Source: the human T2T-CHM13v2.0 reference genome, Homo sapiens. From it: a DNA stretch of 64,000 nucleotides. The translations under genes were made by a program, and so were the position numbers. Where the stretch lies: the NCBI RefSeq assembly GCF_009914755.1, contig NC_060947.1; one strand, 5' to 3'. The notes under the pieces were generated by a model. That model was not told the origin of the DNA and ran no database searches. It saw only the letters and a list, made by a program, of their open reading frames with translations. This document shows, piece after piece, positions 47,445-62,630 of this stretch (positions are counted from its first letter, which is position 1; each line of letters starts with the position of its first letter).

Positions 47445-48484
47445 TTAATAGAACTCATGAGAAAGAATATCTTTGACTTTTGCACTTAGTCTTCACTAGC
47501 AAGTTCATCATTAGCTGTAGGTTTTTTGAAGGTACCCCTTATCACATTAAGTAAATTCTCTATTATTCTTAGTTTGGCTGGGATGTTTTATAATGAATGG
47601 GCATTGAATTTTGTCAGATGTTTTTTCTGCATATAAGAAATCATCATTTCATTTAATTATGCCTGCTTTTATTGATATAAAGTTTTTTTCCATTGTATTC
47701 TGGTTTTTTTTTCCTTTTAATGTCTATAGGATCTGGAGTTACATCTTTTAAAAAAATTTCCAATATTGATTATTTGTGCCTCTTTTTTTCATGATCAACT
47801 TAGATTTTTATAGATTTTATTTTTCTTTAATAAAAACATCTTTTGTTGTCATTAAATTCTCTATTGTTTTGTCTACATCCTTAATTTCAAATTTTATCTG
47901 TTATTTCTTTGTTTTTACTTAGTTTGACTTTAGTTTTTTTACTTTAAATTTTTTAAGTTTTTCTTCCTTTGAAAAAGTTTCTTAAGGTGGAAGATCACAG
48001 ATTATGTGTGTATATGTGTATACATATATCTTCCACCTTAAGAAACTTTTAGACTGATTTAGTTCTGTTTTCACCTGAAACTATATATTATATATGTATA
48101 TATATACACACACACATATATAATATGAATCTATATCTTCAGTAGTATCACACAAATCCTCATATGTTGTGCCTCTCATTTTTATTTCAAAAAAATTTTC
48201 TCTTATTTATTTTTCTTCCAACAATTCATTATTTAGAAATGAGCTGATTAATTTCTATATATCTGAGGATTTTACAGCTATCTTATTGTTATTAAATTCT
48301 AAGCCAATTCTATTTTGGTCAAAGAAGGTACTCTGTATTATGTCAATCCTTTGAAATTTATAGAGACTCTTTATATGGTCCAGCATATGGTCTATTTTGG
48401 TGAAAATTCCACATACGTGTGAAAATAATGTGTATTTTGATGTATTGGATACAGTGTCCTACAAATGTCAATTAGGCAAAGTTT

Positions 48485-48790
<306 letters not shown>

Positions 48791-49493
48791 TAGGCAAAGT
48801 TTTCTATTACCACTTTGCTAGAGATTCAAACATGTTTTCTTACACTTCTTGTAATAATCGTGTGGCATTTGTACTTTATTTTATTAATGTGGTGAATGAT
48901 GTTGATTGATATGCAAATGCTATTCTAATGTTGCATTCCATGACTATACCTAATTTAATGATAATGTAATGGCTTTTAAATATAATGCTGTATTTGATTG
49001 TTTTATATCTTATCTAGGACATTTGCCTCTTATTTTCATGAGAGAATAGCCTTTAATTTTTTTTTCTTGTAAAGTTGTTCTCATATATTTTGGTATCAAA
49101 GTAATTCTCCCTCCAGAAAACAAGCTGGGATATGGTCTCTCTTTTTCTTTCCTCTGAAAAATGTTTGCATTAGTCTGATTTTAGTTCTACCTTCACCTGA
49201 AGTTATATGTGCCTGTAGTTTTTTGTGTGAGAAAGTTTTTCATTATAGATTCCATTTCTATACAAAGTGTTCCTACAAATAAATAAGAGGGAGACAATTC
49301 AATTTTTACAAAATAGGCAATTTTTTTAGCAGAAACTTGACAAAGGATATTCAAATAACCAAAAACTGGTCAAACTGTCCAACTTCATTATTCATCTGGG
49401 AAATGATAATTAAACCCACAATGTAATGAATTACGTATCACTGGAATGGCCAAAACAAAAATCACTGAAAATGCCTTAAAGATATGAAGCAAC

Positions 49494-49829
<336 letters not shown>

Positions 49830-50033
49830 TCACCAAAAAGGATACCCTAAATCTTAATTAATACACAGAAAGATACACAACCACATTAGTTATCTGGGAA
49901 ATTTAAATTAAAACCACAATAAGATACCATTACATACCACATACATATGAAAAGATTTAAAAAAGGCTAACAACAAAAAATATTGTTCAAGATGTGGAAC
50001 AACAGGAGCACACATATGATCTGTGACTATAAG

Positions 50034-50623
50034 TGAAACGATTCCATTGTCTGGGGTAAATAGCCAGGGTTCGTTGTCTCATGCCAAGAAAATTAAGGAC
50101 AGGGACACACATGAGCAGTGGGTTTAGGAGCAGTAAATTTAATCGTCAGAGAAGAAGAGAGAGAAAGCTTCCTCATGTTGAGAAAGCAGGTTGCCCAAGA
50201 GAGGGTTTCCGGGTTTGGGGCAGAACACAATTGATTTTGCAGAGAGGCTTGAGGAGGTGGTGATTGATTTTCACAGGGCCCAGGGGATTGGTTTGACCAG
50301 GTGTGCCATTTACATAGCCCAGGAAAAGACTGGCCCTCCCATCCTAATCTTTTATTATGCAAATGTGGCTTCTACCTGGCTGTCACCATGACACCTGCAC
50401 ACATGGCGACAAAGAAAGAGGAGCAGGAATTGCCATACTCGGGGGACCTGGCTTCTAGTAGAGCCACCCGCATTTACATATGCAAGCTTCCAGCTTGCTT
50501 GCAGCTTGACTTTTCAGGCTGCTTTCTGTTAGAAAAGGAATGATTTTGGGGGTGCTTTTTATTAAAGGAAAATTCCACCAAGAACTCTTTTACCCTTGCT
50601 AACTGCCTAAAATAATTTCTTAT
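50034..50623 (-). mobile_element. LTR9-like ERV1 solo LTR
   Basis: Minus strand reads aagaaattattttaggcagttagcaagggtaaaagagttc...cgtttca; tataag on both flanks. Confidence 0.8.
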
Positions 50624-51669
50624 TATAAGGACTTCGGAAAACTGGACATTGTCAATTATGGTAAAATATATTCATATGTTATGATAATGTACTCCAGTCC
50701 AACATATCATATCCAGTTATCCCCATGTGTACAAAGATACATGTGCAAGGTTTAGAACAACTTGTATTACTGTTTAGAACAACTCAAATTTTAATAAATA
50801 GTAGAATAGAAGAACAATTTGTAGCATATTTCATATTTATTCAATGGGCAGAAATAAAAATAAATCAGCTATGCTACATGATGAATCCTCTAACATAACT
50901 TTGAGTAAAATAAGTTGGTTACAAAAACTATATACTCTTTACGTAAATTATATTTCTTAACAAAACATAAGTGCGTGATAACATATAAAGAAAAACAAAT
51001 ACTAATACCATAAGTACCAGCAATATTCTATCCCCACAATGTAGGGAGAGAGTTGTGTTCCATAAGGAGCTCCTGAGGACAGATATCAATGTTCTATGTA
51101 TCGACCCGAGCAGTGATAATGTATGTCATTTGCTTTATAATATTGATTAAACTGCTATTTTACATTCCTATATATTTTATGGTTTTCTATTTTATAATAA
51201 AATGTTAAGCATTCACAAAGTAATATTTTCAGCTACATAAAGTATTTTCATACTCAAATAAATCTCAAGTGTTTTTATTATTTTAAAAAATTTGTCCCAT
51301 CTTTCAAACGCTACGTCACCTCAATTCTAGGCTTTCTGCTTGAACATCCTGTCTCTAATTAGTGAGTTTACAGAAATGTAAAGTTATTTTCCTTTGCCTG
51401 TTCATGGTTTTCTTTATTCCTTTTGGTGAAGGTCATGCTGGTAGACCTACTACAGACAGTGGAGCCAACACATCAGAGGTGGGAGCACAGCAACCTTTGC
51501 TTCTCAGATTAATTAGCCCACTCTTCATTGGAGGCATTAGGAATTAACTTCTGAGCTGGATATAGTGTTCCCCCAGCCTCGGAAATTGAGACAACTGATC
51601 ACCTTTTGTATTCTCTGGCAGCTTCTCTATAGTTAAAAATTCATTATACGCTACTAAATGTACCTAGCT

Positions 51670-51726
51670 ACACACACACACACGCACACACACTCACACA
51701 AACATACATACACACCAACACACATA
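51670..51726. repeat. Imperfect (CA)n
   Basis: Seen directly. Confidence 0.9.
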
Positions 51727-51959
51727 CTTATGAAAGGGAGGGTGGTCCCATTCCTTCTTGAAGGGGTCATCTTGTCTCAGAAAATTGTGGAATCAAAGGC
51801 CTTACCCGTGCACATGAGCTTCTCCAAGCCAATTCTAGTCTAGCTATATTTATTCTCTCATGCAGAAATTTTAACAGGAAAATTGACCTTATGTAATCTT
51901 CCCTTCACTACCTTACAAACCATTTCATCCACTGCTTGGAAGGTAAGGTAGTTAATTAG

Positions 51960-52332
<373 letters not shown>

Positions 52333-52716
52333 GGTTTTTCTATTCTATATCTATAGTCAAGATCATTTTTCTAAGTTCCTGAACAAAGAATTGCGTATCA
52401 ACAGAGAATGTCTATTTAACATATCTCCCCTATTGACAGCTCAAAATTAACAAGAATAAGATTATGAATTTACTTTAATTAGGCTTTTATCCCCATCATC
52501 CCACTTAAGGTCAATTCATCCTAGTTTAGAGGGGACTCAATGTGGCAAGCAGAGCTCTTTATTTTGCTATCCCTTCATTTAGTGTCTACCATTTCATTAA
52601 ATTGTACCAAGGTTTATTCAATTTTGTAGGCCAAAGAGCTAGAAATTGTCTTTGCTTTTTGTGGTATGCAAAATTCAATTCAATCCATTAGTCCTTCCCA
52701 TTCTACTTTCAAAATC

Positions 52717-54104
52717 TGTCTTAGCTTAGCCTGCCATAAAAAACAGACTGGTTGGCTCAAACAACATAAATGTGTTTTCTCACAATTCTGGAAGTTAGAA
52801 GTTCAAGATCAAGGTGCCAACGCAGATAGTTTCTTGTGAAGGCTCTCTTCCTTCCTTATAGATGGCTGCCTTCTTGCTCTGTACTTATATGACAGAGAGC
52901 TCTCTAGTGTCTCTTCTTTTTTTATTTGTATAAATTGAAGGAATACAAATGCAATATGTTTGATGGAACTATTGCGTAGTGGTGAAGTCTGTGTTTTTAA
53001 TGTATCCATCAACCAAATAATGTATATTAGATCCCTTAAGTAACTTCTCATCATCCACCTCATTCCCTTCCCCTCCACCCTTCTGAGCCTCCATTGTCTA
53101 CCATTCCACACTCTATGCAGATGTGTTCACATTATTTAGCTCCCGTTTATAATGAGAATGTGCACCATTTGTCTTTCTGTTTCTGAGTTGTTTCACTTAA
53201 GATAACAACCTCCAATTCCATCTATGTTACTGCAAAAGACATTATTTCATTCTTTTGTATGGCCAAGTAGTATTCCATTGTGTATATATGCCATATTTTA
53301 TTTATCCAATCATTTATTGATGGACACTTAGATTGATTCTATATATTTGCTGTTGTGAATAGTGTTGCAATAAGCATATAAGTTCAGGTATCTTTTTTAT
53401 ATGATTTTCCTTTGGCTAGACACCCAGTAGTAGGATTGCTGGATCAAATGGTAGTTCTGTTTTTAGTTCTTTGAGAAATCACCATACTGTTTTCCATAGA
53501 GGTTGTACTAGTCCTCAAAAGCACAAACAACAAAAGCAGACAATGAGACAATTAAACTAAAAATCTTCTGCACAGCAAAAGAGATAGTCAACAGAGTGAA
53601 CAAAAAACTTGAAGAATAGGGGAAGATATTTGCAAACTATGTATCTGGCAGGGGACTGAATATCCAGAATTTACAAGGAACTCAAGCAACTCAGTAACAA
53701 CAACAAAAAACAAATATTCTCATTAAAAAGTGGGTGAATGACACGAATATACATTTTTCAAGAGAAGACATATAAATGTCCAATAAGCATATGAAAAAAT
53801 ACTCAATATCACTAATCATCAGAGAAATGCAAATTGAAACCATAATGAAATATCATCTTACACCAGTCAGAATGGCTATTAAAAAAACAAAAAACTACAG
53901 ATGTTGGCAAGGATACAGAGAAGGAGGAATGCTTACACACTAGTACCTCTTCTTAGAAGGGTGCTTTTCCCATAATAAGAGTCCCACACTCACAACCTCA
54001 TCGAAATTTATTTATCTGCCAAAGGCCCCATCTCCAAGTAGTATCACGTTAGAGATTAGGCTTCAACATGTGAATTTTGGGGAGATATAATTCAGCCCAT
54101 AACA
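52717..54104 (-). mobile_element. MLT1A-like MaLR solo LTR interrupted by an L1
   Basis: tgtcttag...aagttcaagatcaaggtgcc left of the L1; ccaaaggccccatctcc...ttaggcttcaacatgtgaattttgggg...ttcagcccataaca right of it. Confidence 0.9.
52919..53939 (-). mobile_element. 5'-inverted L1 (L1PB/L1MA1-3-like)
   Basis: TSD ctagtgtctcttctt (52904-52918) / ctagtacctcttctt (53940-53954); antisense 3' part to ~53510, then sense-oriented ORF2 part 53513-53940. Confidence 0.92.
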
Positions 54105-54454
54105 AAGATTAACCCAAATGTAAATATAGTTTTTGATGGGAAACATTTATATTAATTATTTATACATGTTAGCAAATGAGCACAAAAAGAGTCAGGCTAG
54201 AGGAGGTTAGAGAAGAGATGAGTAAATTTTCCATTGACAGTATTCAACACAAACTTTTCATGCTTGGCAAAAACCTCACTCCAAGAGAGCAGTATTGCTT
54301 GCAATTAAATGTCTCCTTTGGCTAGACTCAGGTAGAGACAATTGTGTACCTTTTGCTAGCTGCATGCTGCATTTTCCCCCACTTTATATAACCATCTGAA
54401 AACACATCATTTTAAATATAATACATTATTAAATAACACATATTTTTGATTATA

Positions 54455-54628
54455 TTTTTCTTTTGTTTTTGTTTTTTAGAGATGGGATCTTGCTACATTG
54501 CCCAGGCTGGAGTGCAGTGGCTATTCACAGGTGCAATCATAGCAGACTACAGCATCAAACTACTGAGCTCAATCAATCCTTGTGACTCAGCCAAAATAAT
54601 TGAAACTACAGGTGTGCACCATTGGACT
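54455..54628 (-). mobile_element. FAM (fossil Alu monomer, 7SL-derived)
   Basis: Retains the 7SL segment gtgcagtggctattcacaggtgcaatc that dimeric Alus lack. Confidence 0.85.
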
Positions 54629-54726
54629 GTTTATAAGTACCCTTTTGTATATCACATTCATGATTTTTGTGACAACCATATGGCCTCTACATATTGTGTC
54701 TGTATAGAAACCAAAATTCTTCATAT

Positions 54727-55537
54727 ATTTTTTATTTTGGTAAGAACACCTAACATGAGATTTATCTTTTTAACATATTGCTAAGTGTACAATACAGTAT
54801 TGATAACTGTAGGCACAATGTTATACAGCAAATTTCTAGAAGTTATTCATCTGACGTAACTGAAACTTTATACCTATTGGATAGCAACTCCCCATTTTCC
54901 TCTCCCACCAGCCCTGGCCCCAAAATTCTATTTCTTGCTTCCATGAGTTTGACTATTTTAGATACCTCATAAAAGTAAAATAATGCAGTATTTGTCTTTC
55001 TGTGAATGACTTATTTTACTCACAATAATGTCATTTCTCCAAAGAAGACATACAAATGGTCAACAGGTATATGAAAATATTCTCAATGTTACTAGTTATT
55101 GGGAAATGCAAATCAAAGCCCCGATGAGATTCATTTCACCCGTTAGGATGTCTATTATAAAAAACAAAAGACAGCAAGTGTTGGTGAAGTTATGGAGAAA
55201 TTGGAGCTTTTGTACACTGTTGGTGGGAATGCAAAATGGTACAGCCATTATGGAAAACCATATAGAGGTTCGACAAAAAAAATAAAATTAGAGCTAACGT
55301 ATGATTTAGCAATTCCACTTCTGGCTATTCATCCAAAAGAATTGAAATCAGGATCTCAAAGAGATATTAACACTCCCATATTCATTACAGCATTATTCAC
55401 GATCACCAAAATGTGGAAACAATTTAAATGTCCTTTAATATATAAATGGATTAATAAAATGTGTATACATGCAATGGAATACTATTTGACCTTAAAAAGA
55501 AGGAAATACTGCAATATGTGACAACATGACTGAACCT
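54727..55537 (-). mobile_element. 5'-inverted L1MA8/9-like element
   Basis: Antisense 3'UTR 54727-55032, then sense-oriented ORF2 end 55032-55537 (ELTYDLAIPLLAIHPKE...FITALFTITKMWKQFKCP). Confidence 0.85.
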
Positions 55538-55643
55538 AAATGAAAAAAGCATTCTTTTATAAAACATCTAAATTTTAATACATTATTTCTCTAATCAAAA
55601 TTATCCAAAAGTTTCTCATCAAATTTTTATTAAAATTTAAATT

Positions 55644-55964
<321 letters not shown>

Positions 55965-55979
55965 TAAAATTTAAATTCT

Positions 55980-56750
55980 TAAGCACAGCCCGCAAAGGCC
56001 TACATAATTTGGACTTTAACCAGTCTAAAATGTAATTTTTTAGTAATCATCCCTTGATTAGTACCAGTTCCGGTTTTATGCTTTTCTTCAACACAATAAA
56101 ACTGTTAATCCTCCAGGAACTCTCTATTTGTTTTTTCCTAATCCTCAAATGCTCTCCTAAGTCTTCACTTAATTAGCTCCTCACTTATGTGAGGCGCTCT
56201 TCCATCTTTATCAACTCTTAGAGACAATTCCTAACCAAATTAAACACCTCACTGTACCCTATTTCTTCCCCTCCACACAATAGAACATTTTGAAAATTCT
56301 TGCAAGAATGAAACTCAGGAAGACCTGAAGCTTAATCTTACTGGGACATATTTATTTGCTAAGTTAACCCTCCTCACACACACAGGTCTCATAGCTACCA
56401 TTTATTTGCTTACTTCCCATCTTTCCTACTAGAATGGAAACTCCACAGGGACTACATTTGTTCTTGAATTTCCAGTTGTTATAAAGCTTTTCAGCATAAG
56501 TAGATGTTTGATAAATATTTATAGAATAAAAGAGCACCTGAAACTGATGAAAAATCTACTCTTTTCCTTATATTTCACGTTCTGGTGAATGGTACCTTCA
56601 CCAACCCAGGCAGTCACACCAAAACCTTTGGGTCATCCTTGACTCTTTCTTTTCCCTTTCCTACTACAACTAATCGGACCTCTCAACTTATTAATTCTAA
56701 CTCACTAACATATCTTAAGTTTGCTTTTTTTTCCCATGACTATTTTCACT
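55980..56750. mobile_element. L2 fragments
   Basis: ctactagaatggaaactccacagg...ataaatatttatagaataaa; gggtcatccttgactctt. Confidence 0.6.
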
Positions 56751-57274
56751 AAAATTTTATGCAAAACATGAAGGATAGGTGTGTTTTTTTATCCAAGAAC
56801 AACGTATATGCATACAATGGATATTTTCTTATTGAATAAAATGATTGAAGGAAAGAAATATGGTATCTGATTTTTGAAATAAATGTTATATTTTATTAAC
56901 TAAAGACTTCAGACTTCAAAGATGTTAAGTTCAATTTAATGGAGCCTTCAATTTAATGGAATAGTCTGGGACCCATCTCATTCCATTAAAATGAAAATTT
57001 TTTTAAATGGAAGTTGAATTTTCTTCAGTATACACATATGCATACATATGTTCAATAGAGGTTAAAACAACAGGAGATAAAATATTCATTTTTTCATACA
57101 TTGTGAATTAAGACACCAGACCTGTATTTAAGATGACATAAAATTATTTACTGAGTATCAAGTTTTATTCAAAATGTGTAATGCTAAGTAAACAAAGAGA
57201 AATCTGCCTTACTAGACATTATTTTCCAAGTAGAAACAAAGGATAAAGTACTATAGAGATATTTGATAGATTAT

Positions 57275-57760
<486 letters not shown>

Positions 57761-58329
57761 TGCTTTTGTTTAATAAATGGCATAGAATTTAGTGATTTTT
57801 AAAGTCAGGGCAGCACATTTCATTTGGGGTTGAGATTGTTAGAGAAAAACTTTACAAATGAGGAAGGATTTAAACAAGGCTTTTAAATGGAACTTACAAT
57901 TTAAAAAAATAGAGAAGAAAAAATAACACACATTCAATGAAAGAATGTAGGCAAATGAGTGGAGATGGGAATGAGGAACTATGTATTTAAAGGAAGTGAA
58001 AAGAGCAATGTTATTGAAGTAGGTGGATAGAGATTTATAAAGTGATAAAACTCAGTAAAGGACAGATTGTGAGGAATTCTGACTGCCCAGATAATGAATC
58101 AGAAATTTTATTCTATCAGCAAAGGAGAGTGAATGAACACGTGTAATTACCCACCTAGAAAAAATATTTTAGGAAGATAATGAGACTACGGTGTGTATTA
58201 TGGAATGGAGATTGAAAGAAAGCAGCAAATTAAGTAGTTAACTCTTATAGCTCAAGGGATCGCTAACTGTATGTTGTGAGGATGAATGGTACATACCTTT
58301 TTTAAGGGAAAATAATCTACAAAGAAAAG

Positions 58330-58700
58330 GCATCCAAAAATATATAGGAAGTATAAGATAATAAATAGTTTTTTTCTATTCACCTAAAGGTCTAAAGCAA
58401 ATATTCCCGATTGGAGGATGGCTCTACTTCATGAAGTGATTGAGGGACCAGGATCCTTCTATCTCGTGGCTCCTCTATCTGCTAGGGCTTTGCTTACATA
58501 CGTCAACCCAGTAGAAGAGAACGGATAATATGGAGAAGACACAGCCAATTTAAAAGCTAAGGTCCACAAATAGCCCACATCCCTTTGCTGGAACTCAGTC
58601 TTACAGCTAACTTCAAAGTCTTCTCCAAAATATGATTTAGTTTTGTACCCTGGAATAAAGAAGATGACTTAGTTTTATGAATATTTATTAGGCTTTGCCA
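58330..58700 (-). mobile_element. Old MLT1 (J/K-like) LTR
   Basis: gagggaccaggatccttctatctcgtggctcctctatc...ggaactcagtc...ttgtaccctggaa. Confidence 0.6.
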
Positions 58701-59003
58701 TAGTTGCCTCCTTTTGTTATCCCTTTGAAATGCTCTTCCTATATTTATAACTCCTAATCCAAAGAAAGAGAAAAATTCCAAACTAGAAATGTCATCCCAA
58801 TCTAAATCAAGGTGTGGAGGATACATCATGCCCTCTTTCAGATGTGGATGTGATTCCCTGTGGTCTGGACCAATAGAAAATGAACATGCAAGATATATTT
58901 CACTGTCTTGAAACTCGATATCCAACAGCAGGTAGTGAGAGGAAAGGACAAAAAATCTTACATTGGGAAAATGGAAGAGTGAGAAATATACAAAGTTAAT
59001 GGC

Positions 59004-59776
59004 TGAAACCAACCCAATTGTTCCATAAACAGTTCTTTTGGATAAAGAAAGAAATGGACCCTTCTGGTCTTAAAGCTTGAAACTTATATTTGTTTTATCT
59101 GAGTTCCTTCCTCAGGAAAGGACTCCCAAGCCTTTCAAAAAGTATCAACGAACTGAAACTCACCACATCATCACATACAGACAATGAGATGCCAGATCCC
59201 TCATTTTGTTTTTTCTCTTTCTTTCCTTCCTTCCTCCCTTTTTCTTTCTTTCTTTCTTTTGTCTTGCTCTGTCACCCAGGCTGGAGTGCAGTGGCGCGAT
59301 CCTGGCTCACTGGAAGCTCCGCCTCCCAGGTTCACGCCATTCTCCTGCCCTCAGCCTCCCAAGTAGCTGGGACTACAGGCACCTGCCACCATACCTGGCT
59401 AATTTTTTTGTATTTTTAGTAGAGATGGGGTTTCACCATGTTAGCCAGGATGGTCTCGATCCGACCTCGTGATCTGCCCGCCTCGGCCTCCCAAAGTGCT
59501 GGGATTACAGGCGTGAGCCACCGCACCTGGCCCTTCGCTTTGTTTTCTTACCCCTTCTGAGTTCCTGTTTTCCAACACGTTGTTACATTTCTTCCCTGCT
59601 ATATGAACTGCTAACGTTAGTCAATAAGGGAGACGAATTTGAGACTGATCTCCCATCTCATTGACTGCAGCACAGGATTAAAGCCTTCTTCCTTGGCAAT
59701 ACTCATCATCTCAGTTATTGGTTTTCTGTGTGGCAAGTAGCAGGACCTAAACTGAACCACTGGTGTTTCCATAACA
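59004..59776 (+). mobile_element. ERV1 solo LTR (MER83/MER84-like) interrupted by an AluY
   Basis: tgaaaccaacccaat...ggtcttaaagcttgaaactta...ccataaca; TSD tggc / tggt. Confidence 0.82.
59212..59532 (-). mobile_element. AluY-like with (TTTC/TTCC) tail
   Basis: aagctccgcctcccaggttcacgccattctcc; ttagccaggatggtctcgat. Confidence 0.95.
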
Positions 59777-59910
59777 TGGTGCATACCAAGATGACAACAT
59801 ATGAGACAGGTATTATAAAAAAAATCCCTGATATGGGAAAGTCTGATTAGATTCTGAGTCTGATTTCTATAAGGAAATATTTACTTTTAGCTTTCATGGC
59901 CATATGTTCA

Positions 59911-60255
<345 letters not shown>

Positions 60256-61768
60256 ACAAGTTTATAGTGTAGGCTAGAGTTTGGTGTATTTGTCAATTAT
60301 GTTTCCCAGAAATTTAGTAGAATTCTAATTTGCCTCATATTTAAAAAAACAAAGTTTTTTCATTTCTGTACTGTGTATATTTCATTCTCTTTCTGCTTGA
60401 AAACTGATTCTTGAATAGGCTAATGTCTTATTTTCTAATACTGTGTTAAGAACAGCAAACAATAGAAAACACACTAATGCTCTGGCTATTTCCAACAAAA
60501 CCTTTCCAGACTCTGTGGACAAGTGTTCTAAATTCACTTATACAAGTCGCAAATTTTATATCTGGATTTTTTTAATGAGGCATATTTAAAGTGTATGTAT
60601 AGGGCTTAAGTGATTAGATGATCTGAAATATTTAATCATTCTAAATCTGAGGTTCTTGGGAAGAAGCTCTACATGACTCTAAAGATAAACGTGAAACTCC
60701 TGAGATTGGGGAGGAGAAAAGCTTCCTTCCTTTAGTAGATTTGTGAATAAAAGAGATTTCGATATTAAATAGGAGAAACCATATGCATAACCAAAAGAAT
60801 TTTCTCAGGATCACATGTGCCTCTTTTTGTCTTGCAGCAAAAGAAAAAGTGTTTGACCCACTATTTCTTTTTTTGAGAGCTGAAAATCTTCAGTAAAGCA
60901 CAAAGATCAATTCTAGAAGGAGTAAAGTTCAAATGAATAATACAATACAGAACAGAAGCAGGTGTATGTAAAAATAAAATGCGATTTCATAACTGAATGA
61001 AAATCGTATACTTTAGCATCATGATGACAACTCTATTTTGCAGCCGTAATTGTTATCTTGTAAGAGCAGAGGCAATCTTTATTCAGCATGTTCCTTGTGA
61101 GTGTGCATGTATATGTGTGCATGTGTGAGGAGGAGAGAGGTTATCAGAACTTTATTATACTTTTTTATATATTAATTACAAATGCACATATATCCTTGAT
61201 ATGTTTACTCTATATTCATATTTATATGCTTATATTACATAATATTACACATATATATATTTAAATGTTATTACCTAGGAATAAAATTTTGATTCTGTTT
61301 CCGTAGAAGACTATATCAAATCTGTAAAATGCAAGAAAAAATTGGATTACTTGGAATTGATAAAAATTTGTGTTCTTTAGTTAAAAATCTTAACTCTCAT
61401 TTTCTCCTACGAACAATGTTTATTTAATGAAAGATTTACCAAAAAATAATTATGTTAATATACAGAAGTCCCAAGTAGGTTTCTGTGGAAAAAGGGATAA
61501 TTATATAATTAAAATGAGTAATAGTTCAGGGCTTTTTATATTTTCTATTTGATAAATAAAATTAAATTGTTCAGTCCAAAGTATAATGTTATTTTTATTG
61601 CTTAAAACAAAATGTCTAAAACCCATGCATTTCTACTTATACATACTGATTTTTTAAACCAGTCATTTATTTGGTTATACACACACACATAAAATATATA
61701 CATATATATATGCAGACATATACCTGTAAATATATTCAAGGCAAATTTTATTCTTAAAAAAATGGTTT

Positions 61769-62076
<308 letters not shown>

Positions 62077-62329
62077 GGTTTAATCCATCTTCAAATTCTT
62101 CTAGTTTACATGGCCAAGGCATTGATAAAACTTCAGGACCACAACTCTCTTCTTTTCCCTATAGGCTTTTGTTTGTGGTTTTTTACAATTAAAATTATAT
62201 TAGGCTCTACAATCATATTTTCATCAGATTAGAATTAAAAACAAAGAGCTATTACTTGTGGATGTTCTATTTATTTAACAGAATTATCTAATGGAGGCTT
62301 TTTGTTGTTTTGTTTTGCTCATATTTGTT

Positions 62330-62630
<301 letters not shown>

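Noticed and set aside
54455-54628. 7SL RNA gene
   Set aside because: Diverged, lacks most of the S domain and has a tail, so it is a FAM SINE.
58557-59012. 151-aa minus-strand ORF
   Set aside because: Overlaps LTR remnants, has a non-ATG start and no recognisable homology.
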